This document shows, piece by piece, positions 47,989-57,710 of a stretch of 64,000 bases of DNA. The translations under genes were made by a program, and so were the position numbers. The DNA comes from Planctomycetota bacterium (GTDB lineage Bacteria > Planctomycetota > UBA8108 > SXIK01): positions 2,304,001-2,368,000 of the forward strand of contig CBDCXR010000004.1 of NCBI GenBank assembly GCA_965223845.1. Reading direction: 5' to 3'. The notes beneath the pieces were generated by a model. That model did not search any database, was not told where the DNA came from, and worked only from the letters and a program-made list of their open reading frames with translations. The stretch's first letter is position 1; each line of letters begins with the position of its first letter.

Positions 47989-50900
47989 GTGTCCCCTTCG
48001 CGTGGTGTCGGCGCCGGGCCGTCGAGACCGAGCTCGGCATCCGGCGCGGTCAAAGTCGCATCTCTGCCGACGACGAGCAGGTACATCACGGGCACGACGA
48101 CGAGCGTGAGAAAGGTGGATGTGACGAGTCCCGAGATGACTGTGATCGCGAGGGGTCCACGGATCTCCGCCCCCTCGCCCGCGCCGAAGATCGACTCGAC
48201 GCCGGGAAGGCCGTGAAGCAATCCAGTGAGCGGAAGAAGACCGAGGACGGTCGTCGCCGTCGTCATGAGAATCGGTCGAAGACGGACGCTACCGGCTTCG
48301 AGAAGCGCGTCGGTGACGTTCTTTCCGCGACTCCGCACCTGATTGACGCGATCGACGAGCACGATCGCGTTGTTCACGACGATGCCCGCGAGGACGATCA
48401 TCCCGATGAAGGAAACGATGCTCAGAGCCAGCCCGGCAAACCAGAGGGCAGGACTCACTCCGATCATCGCGAGCGGGACCGCCGCGATGACGACGATCGG
48501 CTGGCGCAGCGATTCGAACTGAACCGCGAGGACGACGTACACGAGAAACACCGCGAGGAGAAGCGCCCAGCGAAGACTGCTCAGCGCCGCGTCCATCTCC
48601 TCCTTCTGACCGCCGAAACCGATCGCGAAATCCGCGCTGCGCACTCGCTTCAGGCCGCCGTCCTGGTGGAGCACGCGCTCGATCTCCCCAGTCACACCGC
48701 CTAGGTCGATGCCTTCGAGGTCGGCGCTCACGACACCGGCGCGTTGGTGACCGATCCGCCGGATCTCTGCCGGCCCCTCGCTCACTTCGATATCGGCGAT
48801 GTCCTCGAGCCGGAGCGGACTCGAGGCGTCGGCGATGACGGTCAACCCACGAAGCTGCTCGAGCGTCTCCCGATCCTCCTCGACGAGCCTTACCCGCATG
48901 CCGATCTTGCGATCGCCGTCGGTGAGCTCCGAGGAGACTTCGCCTTGCAGCTTCCGCCGGACGAGCTGTCCGATCGCCTCCGCGGTGAGTCCGTAGTGAC
49001 TCATCACGTCGGGGCGAAAGCGGAGACGAACCTCCGGGTATCCGGGTGCGATGTTGCTGCGGACATCTTCGAGTCCGGGTACGCTTCGGATCGACGCCTC
49101 GACCGCATCGGTGATTCTCTCCAGTCGATCGAGATCGTAGCCCTTCACCTCGATCTCGATCGGAGTTTTGAAGGTGAAGAGAACGGGGTTCTCGAACTGA
49201 ACCTTGTCGATCTCCGGCGAGCGAGAGAAGACGCTGCGAAGCTCGCGCATCGCCTGTTCTTCCGCCGCCCGGGGATCGATGCCGGGCTTCAGCCGGACGA
49301 GCATCTGCGCCGAGTGCTCTCCGCGATCGCCCGAGTCGACGTCATCGGGTTCGACGCCGACGGTCGTCGTCAGCGTCTCCATCCTGGCGGCGAGCGGTGA
49401 AGCGAGCACTGCCTCCTCGAGCGGTCGAACGATCGAGTCGGTCCGCTCGATCCGCGTTCCTACGGGAAGGCGGACGTCCGCCGTGAACTCACCCTGATGC
49501 ACTTCGGGGATGAGCTCCGTCCCGAGCCGAGTGAACACCCGAAACGATCCGTACGCCGTCGCGGCGACGACGAGGAGTGTCGCGACCGGGTGCGCGAGGC
49601 ACCAGGACAGCAGAGCACGGTAGACCGACGTCACTGCCTCGAATCCGCGATCGAATCCGCGGAAGATCGCCCCCGTCCCCGCCCGCACGGGTCGCGCCAC
49701 AAGGCGGAACGCGACCGCCGCGAGAGCGACGAGGCCGTACAGAATCGTCGTAACGACGGCGCGGACGAGCTCGACGAGCGCGGTCACGACTGCCACGAGT
49801 GCGAGAATGATGCAAACCGGAAGATAGACCAGGATACGGAGCGGCGACGACATCCGAGTGAAGACGATCGAGAAGCGATCTCTCAAACGGCGAAACACGG
49901 CGCGATTGAAACCGACGGTGACCTGCGACGAGCGAGCGCCGAGATCGATGTGGCGCGCGACGAGCGCCGGAATGAAATAGAGGGCGACGATCAGCGAAGC
50001 GGTGAGCGAGAGCACGACGGCGAGCGCCTGATCACGGAACACCTGACCGGCGATTCCCTGAACGAAGACGATCGGGAAGAAAACCGAGAGCGTCGTCAAC
50101 GTGGACGCCGTGACGGCCGCGGCGACCTCTCGCGTCCCGCGCACTGCGGCTTCCATCCGCGAGTCGCCCTCCTCTCGACAGCGAAAGATGCTCTCTAGAA
50201 CGACGATCGAGTTGTCGACGAGCATTCCGATCCCGAGCGCGATGCCTCCGAGCGACATCATGTTGAGCGACACGTCGAAAACAAAGAGCCCGATGAATGT
50301 CGCGACGACGGAGATCGGGATCGAAAGACCGACCGCGGCCGTGAATCCCAAGCGCCGGAGAAACACGTAGAGAACGAGAATCGCGAGTACGCCGCCCGAG
50401 ATCGCGGTTCGGCGGACGTTGTCGAGCGCGCTTTCGATGAACACGGATTGGTCGGCCATGATCGCCATCTCGACGCCGGACGGGAGCTGGTCCGCGATCG
50501 CGCGTCGACGTCGGCCCGTCGCGCCGCGTCGCTCGCTCTCGCCGTTCGACTTCGCGGCGGTGTCGTCCTCGGCGTCCTCGGCGTCCTCGTCCTTCCGATC
50601 CGATCGGCCGGGGCCGTCGGCGGAGCCGAAGAGACGCGCGCGCACTCCGCGCACGACGTCGACGACGTTCGCGTCCGCTTCCTTGTAGAAGTCGAGCTTG
50701 ACGCAGGGATGGCCGTTCAATCGCGTGATGACGTCCGGCTCGCGGTAGCTGAAGCTCACGTCGGCAACCTGGTGGAGCCGCACGGGAACCGTGTCCGCTC
50801 GTTTCACGATGAGGTTGCGAATCTCATCGAGACCTTCGAATTCGTTCACCGTGCGGACGACGTACGACTGGTCTCCCTCGTAGAGGAGACCGCTCGCTTG

Positions 50901-51674
50901 GTTGCGGTTCTCCTCCTGGAGCCGCCGATTGATGTCCGCGAGATCGATGCCGTAGTCGCGGAGGCGATCTTCTTGCACTTCGATCCGAATCTCGCGTTCG
51001 AGGCCACCGCGGACCTGCACCGCGGCTAGACCGTCGACGCGGAGGCGCTCCTCGATCTCCTCCTCCGCGAGGAGTCGGAGCTGAATCAGCGCCGCCTCGT
51101 CAGACTCGAGCGCCGCCAGCTCGGCGCTTCCACCGCCGAAGTCGATCGCCTCGGCGTCGCTGGTGGCGTAGAGGCCGACCTGCAGCACCGGATCGAGCGT
51201 CGGGTCGTAGCGAAGAAGGATCGGCCGCGGCACCTCGAGCGGGAGCACGGCTTGCTCGAGCTTCTCGCGCACGTCCATCGTCGCCACGCTCATCGGAGTT
51301 CCCCACACGAACTCGAGAATGACGTCCGACGCCTCGGCGCGCGAAATCGAGCTGATGCGACGGAGCCCGCGTACCTGGGACAGGCTCTCCTCGAGACGAC
51401 GGGAAACGCGAAGCTCGACGTCGTCCGGCGCGGCGCCGGGATACTCCGTACGAACCGTTACGGACGGATACGAGATGTCGGGCATCAACGTGCGGGGAAG
51501 GCGCCGAAACGCGATCGCACCGAAGATCACCACGGTGAGGACGATCATCGTCACCGCGACGGGACGGCGCGTCGCGAGCGCGGTCAGGCCCCCACCCGAC
51601 GCCTCTGGTCGCGCGGGGACTCCTCCGGGAGCGGGGGGCGGCGCGTCACCATTCGGCGGCGAAGCGTCGGTCAA
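47985..51674 (-). CDS. RND efflux permease (AcrB/AcrD/AcrF superfamily), subunit 1
   Basis: RRPVA, MPDISYP, YPGA.P, GMLVDNSIVV, GIVVNNAIVLVD, RLRPILMT. Confidence 0.94.
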   Translation of the reverse strand: MTDASPPNGDAPPPAPGGVPARPEASGGGLTALATRRPVAVTMIVLTVVIFGAIAFRRLPRTLMPDISYPSVTVRTEYPGAAPDDVELRVSRRLEESLSQVRGLRRISSISRAEASDVILEFVWGTPMSVATMDVREKLEQAVLPLEVPRPILLRYDPTLDPVLQVGLYATSDAEAIDFGGGSAELAALESDEAALIQLRLLAEEEIEERLRVDGLAAVQVRGGLEREIRIEVQEDRLRDYGIDLADINRRLQEENRNQASGLLYEGDQSYVVRTVNEFEGLDEIRNLIVKRADTVPVRLHQVADVSFSYREPDVITRLNGHPCVKLDFYKEADANVVDVVRGVRARLFGSADGPGRSDRKDEDAEDAEDDTAAKSNGESERRGATGRRRRAIADQLPSGVEMAIMADQSVFIESALDNVRRTAISGGVLAILVLYVFLRRLGFTAAVGLSIPISVVATFIGLFVFDVSLNMMSLGGIALGIGMLVDNSIVVLESIFRCREEGDSRMEAAVRGTREVAAAVTASTLTTLSVFFPIVFVQGIAGQVFRDQALAVVLSLTASLIVALYFIPALVARHIDLGARSSQVTVGFNRAVFRRLRDRFSIVFTRMSSPLRILVYLPVCIILALVAVVTALVELVRAVVTTILYGLVALAAVAFRLVARPVRAGTGAIFRGFDRGFEAVTSVYRALLSWCLAHPVATLLVVAATAYGSFRVFTRLGTELIPEVHQGEFTADVRLPVGTRIERTDSIVRPLEEAVLASPLAARMETLTTTVGVEPDDVDSGDRGEHSAQMLVRLKPGIDPRAAEEQAMRELRSVFSRSPEIDKVQFENPVLFTFKTPIEIEVKGYDLDRLERITDAVEASIRSVPGLEDVRSNIAPGYPEVRLRFRPDVMSHYGLTAEAIGQLVRRKLQGEVSSELTDGDRKIGMRVRLVEEDRETLEQLRGLTVIADASSPLRLEDIADIEVSEGPAEIRRIGHQRAGVVSADLEGIDLGGVTGEIERVLHQDGGLKRVRSADFAIGFGGQKEEMDAALSSLRWALLLAVFLVYVVLAVQFESLRQPIVVIAAVPLAMIGVSPALWFAGLALSIVSFIGMIVLAGIVVNNAIVLVDRVNQVRSRGKNVTDALLEAGSVRLRPILMTTATTVLGLLPLTGLLHGLPGVESIFGAGEGAEIRGPLAITVISGLVTSTFLTLVVVPVMYLLVVGRDATLTAPDAELGLDGPAPTPREGDT

Positions 51675-52957
51675 GATTCCACCTCGACCGGAGAGCCTTC
51701 CTCGAGGTTGTCGTGACCGACGAGGACGAGCGCACCGAGCTCGGCGATACCGGGCGCGTCGTCATCTCCCGCGCGGAACACCGATCCGTCCATCGCCGTG
51801 AGAGACACGAGCTCGACCGCGTCGCGCTGCGACAGACCGGGACTCATGACGTAGCGGTGCGCGACGCCGTCGCGGACGAAGAAGAGGATCGCCTGTCGAT
51901 TCTCGTAGGAGATCGCTTTCTTCGGGATCAAGTAGACGCTCGGCCGGGTCTCGAGAACGATATCGCCGCTCACGTACATCCCGGGCTTCAAGACCCCGCG
52001 GTCATCGGAGATGCCGACGATCACCTCGATCGTCCCCTTCACGTCGTCCACCACCGGATTGATCACCTCGACGCGCCCGGCGAACTCGAGCTCCGGAAAC
52101 ACCTCGCACCGTAGGTGCACAGTGAGACCGGGCTTGACGCGGACGACCTCCCGCTGCGGGACGAACAGACGGGCTTCGAGCCGCGAGAGGTCGACGACGC
52201 TGAATGCCTTCGTCGCCGTCGACACAAGCTCGCCGGGCTTCAGCCGGAGGTAGCTGATCACTCCCTCGATCGGCGAAGCGAGAACCGTCTGCGAGAGCTG
52301 AAACGTCGCCGTCTCGACCGCGACGCGCGCCAGTTCCTCTTCTTGACGCTTCTGCTCGTGGCTGAGCGCGTAGCCCTCACCCTGAATCTGCGCCGCCTCG
52401 GCATCGATCTTTTTTTGCTCGAGCTCGGCGCGCTTCTGCTCGATCTCCTCTTCTGAGGCGACCGCGGCGCCGCCGCGCTCGATGCGCTCGAGTTCCTTCT
52501 CGACCTGCAGGCGAATCAGCTCCTTCTGGCGGGCGATCTTCTCGCCCTCGCGCTTCGAGTTCTCCGCCTGTCGGGTGGCAATCTTCGCCTGCTCATATGC
52601 GATGCGCTTGTTGTCGAGGGCGAGCCGAAGCTGCGTGTCGACGAGAGTGACGACGGGCTCGAGGGCGCCGACGCGATCGCCCTCGCGCTTGTGGACCGTC
52701 GCGACGACCCCGGCGATTTCGGGAGTGAGATCTGCGCGCGATACCGCCTCGAGGTCGGCGGCGACCGCGAGCCGGCGTGAGATGTCACCGCGGGTCAAGT
52801 CGACCGTTCGCACGAGGATGCGATCGTCCTCGTCCGCTTCGCCTCCCGAGTCGGCCGAGACGGCCCCGTCGTTCGGCGGACTGCAGCCCGCGACGAGCCA
52901 AACGAGGGCGGCGGCGATCGTCGCTCGACCGCTAAATTCGCATCTGGAGCAGATCAC
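51671..52957 (-). CDS. RND periplasmic adaptor (membrane fusion protein), probable lipoprotein
   Basis: Lipobox LVAGC; EGDRV lipoyl half; coiled coil; SPIEGVI; LKPGMY; IPKKAI. Exact start uncertain. Confidence 0.9.
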   Translation of the reverse strand: MICSRCEFSGRATIAAALVWLVAGCSPPNDGAVSADSGGEADEDDRILVRTVDLTRGDISRRLAVAADLEAVSRADLTPEIAGVVATVHKREGDRVGALEPVVTLVDTQLRLALDNKRIAYEQAKIATRQAENSKREGEKIARQKELIRLQVEKELERIERGGAAVASEEEIEQKRAELEQKKIDAEAAQIQGEGYALSHEQKRQEEELARVAVETATFQLSQTVLASPIEGVISYLRLKPGELVSTATKAFSVVDLSRLEARLFVPQREVVRVKPGLTVHLRCEVFPELEFAGRVEVINPVVDDVKGTIEVIVGISDDRGVLKPGMYVSGDIVLETRPSVYLIPKKAISYENRQAILFFVRDGVAHRYVMSPGLSQRDAVELVSLTAMDGSVFRAGDDDAPGIAELGALVLVGHDNLEEGSPVEVES

Positions 52958-53717
52958 CGATCTTGTCCTTCAGAATCTCAAGGCGCGCGTCGTCTAGCTC
53001 GGGATTGAGCACAGTGTGAACTCGGTCGCGCTGTTTTCGCTCGACGAGAACGAGCCACTCCCGTCCTTCGCGTACGGTCGAACTCTTGAACTCGAGGAAC
53101 TTCTTACGGATGAGGAGAAGGGAGAGGAAGAATCGCAGTTCCTCGCGCTCGTTGTCCGCGACCGCTCCGGCTTTCTTCTCTTTGGAGACGTCTCCGGCCC
53201 CCGGGAGTTCCGTCGAAACTTCGCGCGTCTCGCCGACAGATTGTCGCTCCGCGTCGGTCGGGGGCTCGCCGTCGACCCGATCGGCGTCGTGTTGGGCCGC
53301 GTCCTGAGAATCGCCGCGTTCGGGCCCTTCCGCCGATTCGGTCTCCGGCGCGGCGCTTTCGCCCCCGGCAGGCTCGACCGTCGGTTCGATCGGCTCCCGG
53401 AGCCCGAGGAAGAACTCGAAGACGACTTGGGCGTCGAAGCGGACGCGGCGCGGCTCGTGCGACGGGGGAGGCGGTCGTCTCGTCCGCCAGTAGGCGAACA
53501 CCTCCTCGCCCGCACACCTTGGGCGCCCGCCGTCCGGGTCCTCACTTAAGTGACTCAACCAACAGGCATTACAGTAGTCTGAGCGACAGAACTCTTCGTC
53601 TTGCCAACGCACGGCAGAGAAATAGAGCTCGTCTGCTGCGATCTCCGCCTCGCAGAGCGCGCAGCGGTGGTCGGATGTCGAGATCGAGTACTTGGGATCT
53701 TTGACTGCGCTCACCAT
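52932..53717 (-). CDS. Hypothetical protein with CxxC...CxxC Zn-binding motif and acidic low-complexity insert
   Basis: CALC..R.DYCNACW, AYWR, LRFFLSLLLIRKK. GTG start after the RBS GAGGAG; overlaps the adaptor gene. Confidence 0.7.
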   Translation of the reverse strand: MVSAVKDPKYSISTSDHRCALCEAEIAADELYFSAVRWQDEEFCRSDYCNACWLSHLSEDPDGGRPRCAGEEVFAYWRTRRPPPPSHEPRRVRFDAQVVFEFFLGLREPIEPTVEPAGGESAAPETESAEGPERGDSQDAAQHDADRVDGEPPTDAERQSVGETREVSTELPGAGDVSKEKKAGAVADNEREELRFFLSLLLIRKKFLEFKSSTVREGREWLVLVERKQRDRVHTVLNPELDDARLEILKDKIGDLLQMRI

Positions 53718-53927
53718 CGCCGCCTCGTCACTCCTCTTCGCTTCGCTTCGAGCCCGCTAGCCCGGTTCCGCGCCCGTCGACGTCGCCGGTCCCACGCCGG
53801 ATCGGCGGAGGAGCGCGGACGTCGTCGCCGTCCCGACGCGGCCGGAACGAACGGGTGACCGTCGGGCCAACCCTCGACGAACGAAGATTTTAGAACTCGA
53901 AGAACCGGAACTCAAACAGCGCCCGGG

Positions 53928-53947
53928 ACGTACGACAACTCTCGACA
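53928..53947. promoter_or_regulatory. Second copy of the 20-bp element seen at 21409-21428
   Basis: ACGTACGACAACTCTCGACA, 18/20 identical to the first copy; preceded by CAAACAGC (first copy: CAAACAAC). Confidence 0.55.
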
Positions 53948-54027
53948 CGGCGCCCGCAGAGGCGGCGGCCGGGCCCGTCCCGAACGGAGCGCGAAAATCG
54001 GCGTAGATCTGACGGCGGAACTTCCGG

Positions 54028-54072
54028 TATAATGCGGGCGCCCTCGTAACCTACATATTATCAACAACTTAC
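54028..54072 (+). promoter_or_regulatory. Probable dnaE promoter -10 (TATAAT) followed by an IHF consensus site
   Basis: TATAAT at 54028-54033; TATCAACAACTTA (54059-54071) matches WATCAANNNNTTR exactly. Confidence 0.55.
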
Positions 54073-54148
54073 AACCGCGCGCGCGATCGTCGACGGGTGC
54101 GAGCGAAGCCCTCGCGGGCGCGGATTCGCGTCGAAAGGAAGTGACACG

Positions 54149-57100
54149 GTGAGCTTCGTCCATCTACACGTCCACAGCCATTACAGCCTTCTCGACGGGG
54201 CGGCGAATCACAAGAAGCTCGTCGCGGCGGCGAAATCGCTCGGGATGCCGGGGCTCGCCCTCACCGACCACGGCAACCTCTTCGGCGCGGTGAAGTTCGT
54301 TCTCGCCTGCAAGGAAGCCGGGATTCAGCCGATCGTCGGCATGGAGGCCTACATGGCCCCGGGGCATCGCACCGAGCGAAAGAAGTCCGCCGGCGGCGCG
54401 TTTTTCCACCAGCTACTTCTCGCGAGAAACCTCGAGGGCTACTTCAACTTGATGAAGCTGTCGTCTCTCTCCTACCTCGAGGGCTTCTACTACAAGCCGC
54501 GCATCGACAAGGAGATCCTCCGCGAGCACTCTGCGGGCCTCATCGGAACGAGCTCGTGCCTATCGGGACAGATCAATCGCGCGATCGTCGGCGGTTCCGA
54601 CGACGACATCCGCCGCGAAATCGAAGAGTACGTCGAGATCTTCGAGCCGGGTTGCTTCTTCCTCGAGATCCAGCGCCACGGCCTCGCTGAGCAGGACCGC
54701 ATCCTCGAGAAGATTCCCGCGCTCGCGAAGGAGTACGGCCTCCCACTTCTCCCCACGAACGACGTCCACTACCTCGAACGCGACGATGCCCGGGCGCAAG
54801 AGGTTCACCTCTGCATCAGCACCGGTCAGACGATGGACGACGACGACCGCCTCCGCTTCGACTGCGATCAGTTCTATTTCCGAACCGAGGCGGAAATGGA
54901 GCGGGTGCTCGGCGACTTCAAGGACTCGTTCGAGAACACCGTCGGGATCATGGAGATGTGTACACTCCATGACGAGCTCGAACAGGAGAACTACTTCGCT
55001 CCCGGGAGCCACCTCCCGACGTATGTCATCGATGCGCCCGAGTACCAGCACCTCTCCGACGCGGAGTACTTTCGCGAACTCTGCGTCGAAGGTTGTCGGA
55101 AACGCTATCCCGACTACGACACGAACGAGGCGATCCGATCTCGGCTGGAGTTCGAGATCGGGGTGATCGAGGAGATGGGCTATCCGAGCTACTTCCTCAT
55201 CACGTGGGACTTCATCAAGTACGCGCGCGATCACCAGATCCCGGTCGGTCCCGGTCGCGGCTCCGCGGCCGGCAGCATCGTCGCGTATTCACTCGGGATC
55301 ACGAACGTCGATCCGCTCAAGTACGACCTCCTCTTCGAGCGCTTCCTCAATCCCGATCGCGTCACCATGCCCGACATCGACATCGATTTTTGCATGGACG
55401 GACGCGAGCAGGTGATCGACTACGTCAAGCGCAAGTACGGCGAGGATCGTGTCTGCCAGATCATCACCTTCGGGACGATGGCGGCGCGCGCCGTGATCCG
55501 CGACGTGGGACGCGCCATGAACGTGCCGCTCGCCGAGGTCGACGGGATCGCGAAGCGGATCCCCGCGGGTCCGGGGGTGAAACTGCGCGAGAGTATCGAC
55601 GCCGATCCGGATCTCCAGCGGATTCGCGACAGCGATCCGAAGCTCCGAGACCTGTTCGAGATCTCGCTCCGGCTCGAAGGCCTCAATCGGCACTGCTCGA
55701 CCCACGCCGCCGGCGTGGTGATCGGCGACGCTCCTCTCATCGACACGCTCCCGCTCTACAAGAACGGCGACGACATCACGACGCAGTTCGTCATGGAGGA
55801 TCTCGACCTCGTCGGGATGCTCAAGATGGATTTCCTGGGGCTGCGTACGCTCACGATCATCGATCAGGCGATCCAGCTCGTGAAGAAGTCGCGCGGCGTC
55901 GAGATCGACATCGACGAGATTCCCCTCGACGACCCGAAGACGTTCGAGCTCCTGTGTGCAGGCGACACGGTCGCAGTGTTCCAGCTCGAATCTCAAGGCA
56001 TGCGCGATCTTCTCCGCCGCATGAAGCCCGATCAGTTCGAGGACATCATCGCGATCCTCGCACTCTACCGCCCCGGCCCTCTCGAGGGCGGCATGGTCGA
56101 CACCTACATCGAGCGAAAGCACGGTCGCGAGCCGCTCGTCTACGAGCACGACGTCCTCGAGCCGATCCTTCGCGAAACCTACGGCGTCATCCTTTACCAA
56201 GAACAGGTGATGCGGATCGCGAACCAGATGGCGGGCTTTTCTCTCGCCCAAGCCGACATGCTTCGCCGAGCGATGGGAAAGAAGAAGGTCGAGGTGATGA
56301 AGGAGTACAAGGATCGCTTCATCGCCGGTTCGAAAGAGAACCGCATCGACGGAAAGATCGCCGAACGGATCTTCGACCTGATCGAGTTTTTCGCCGGCTA
56401 CGGCTTCAACAAATCGCACTCGACCGCCTACGCGCTCGTCACGTACCAGACCGCGTACCTGAAGGCGAACTTCCCGACCGAGTTCATGGCGGCGGTGATG
56501 AGCTGCGAGCTCTCGAATACTGAGCGGATCGTGGAGTACCTCGACGAATGCCGCAAGATGTCGATTGAGATTCGGCCGCCCGACATCAATCGATCGGAGG
56601 CGAGATTCTCCGTCGAGGGGCAGACGATTTGGTACGGCCTCGCGGCGGTGAAGGGAGTTGGAACACGCGTCATCGACGCGGTCATTCGCGCGCGCGAAAC
56701 GGGGGCGTTTCAGTCGATCTTCGACCTCTGTCGGCGCGTCGACAGCAAGGAAGGACTCACCAAAGCAGCGCTCGAAACCTTGATCTCCTCCGGCGCCCTC
56801 GACGGCTTCGAGCGAAAGCGTGCTGCGCTCGCGGCCGTGACGGACATCGCCGTCTCTCGCGGCAACGAGAATCGGCGCGACCGCGAGGTCGGTCAGCTCA
56901 CGCTCTTCGATCTTCTGGGCGAGGCCGGCGGAGACGATTCCGGCGAAAGCGCGGACGACGATCAGGAGTCCTACCCCGACGTCGATGAATGGTCGGAGAA
57001 GGAGCGGCTTCAGCGCGAGAAGCAGACTCTCGGGTTCTACCTCACCGGACACCCGCTCGACGGCTGGAGCGGAGTCATCAAGAAGTACGCACCGCAGTCG

Positions 57101-57658
57101 CTCTCCGATCTCACCGCACTCAAGGACGGTGATCCGATGACGGTCGCGGTTCAGGTCACGAAGATCACGAAGAAGGTATCGAAGAAAACGGGCGAGCCCT
57201 TCTGGATCGTCGTCGTCGAGGACAAGACGACCGCCGAGGAGATCTTCGTCAACAAGGACAAGTACGAGAAGGCTTACGAGTTCCTCCGCACCGACGCGCT
57301 CGTCGTCGTCCAGGGCGCCGTAAAGTATCGCGACACGACCGCCGGCCTTCGCCTCGAGCGATTTCTTCCGATCGAAGACGCGCCGGCGCAGCTCACTCGC
57401 GACGTGAGCGTCCTCGTCGACGCAGACGCCGCCGACGCCGAGGACCACATCTTCCGCATCAAGCAGCTCCTCGAGGAGCACCGCGGGCGTTGTCCGTTCT
57501 TCGTCATCTTTCGCAGTCGCGACGGCCAGAACGCCGTCCTCCGCGTGGGCGACGAGAACTTCGTGAACGCCGACGCGGCGTTCATCTCTCGGGCGAACGA
57601 TCTGTGCGGGAAGGAACGCGTTCGAGTGAATCGTATGGGAGATTTCTTGCGCGTTTGA
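54149..57658 (+). CDS. dnaE: DNA polymerase III subunit alpha
   Basis: PHP HLHVHSHYSLLDG, TDHGN, TNDVHY; GPGRGSAAGS; PDIDIDF; KMDFLGL; GYGFNKSH; OB fold. No intein seen. Confidence 0.99.
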   Translation: MSFVHLHVHSHYSLLDGAANHKKLVAAAKSLGMPGLALTDHGNLFGAVKFVLACKEAGIQPIVGMEAYMAPGHRTERKKSAGGAFFHQLLLARNLEGYFNLMKLSSLSYLEGFYYKPRIDKEILREHSAGLIGTSSCLSGQINRAIVGGSDDDIRREIEEYVEIFEPGCFFLEIQRHGLAEQDRILEKIPALAKEYGLPLLPTNDVHYLERDDARAQEVHLCISTGQTMDDDDRLRFDCDQFYFRTEAEMERVLGDFKDSFENTVGIMEMCTLHDELEQENYFAPGSHLPTYVIDAPEYQHLSDAEYFRELCVEGCRKRYPDYDTNEAIRSRLEFEIGVIEEMGYPSYFLITWDFIKYARDHQIPVGPGRGSAAGSIVAYSLGITNVDPLKYDLLFERFLNPDRVTMPDIDIDFCMDGREQVIDYVKRKYGEDRVCQIITFGTMAARAVIRDVGRAMNVPLAEVDGIAKRIPAGPGVKLRESIDADPDLQRIRDSDPKLRDLFEISLRLEGLNRHCSTHAAGVVIGDAPLIDTLPLYKNGDDITTQFVMEDLDLVGMLKMDFLGLRTLTIIDQAIQLVKKSRGVEIDIDEIPLDDPKTFELLCAGDTVAVFQLESQGMRDLLRRMKPDQFEDIIAILALYRPGPLEGGMVDTYIERKHGREPLVYEHDVLEPILRETYGVILYQEQVMRIANQMAGFSLAQADMLRRAMGKKKVEVMKEYKDRFIAGSKENRIDGKIAERIFDLIEFFAGYGFNKSHSTAYALVTYQTAYLKANFPTEFMAAVMSCELSNTERIVEYLDECRKMSIEIRPPDINRSEARFSVEGQTIWYGLAAVKGVGTRVIDAVIRARETGAFQSIFDLCRRVDSKEGLTKAALETLISSGALDGFERKRAALAAVTDIAVSRGNENRRDREVGQLTLFDLLGEAGGDDSGESADDDQESYPDVDEWSEKERLQREKQTLGFYLTGHPLDGWSGVIKKYAPQSLSDLTALKDGDPMTVAVQVTKITKKVSKKTGEPFWIVVVEDKTTAEEIFVNKDKYEKAYEFLRTDALVVVQGAVKYRDTTAGLRLERFLPIEDAPAQLTRDVSVLVDADAADAEDHIFRIKQLLEEHRGRCPFFVIFRSRDGQNAVLRVGDENFVNADAAFISRANDLCGKERVRVNRMGDFLRV

Positions 57659-57710
57659 GCGACTCGAAGCTCGCCCGTCCGCGTCCCATCCCGCCTTACC
57701 GCCAGCGACG

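Noticed and set aside
54149-57658. Possible intein or split in dnaE
   Set aside because: Normal length and continuous motifs; no intein splice or LAGLIDADG signatures seen.
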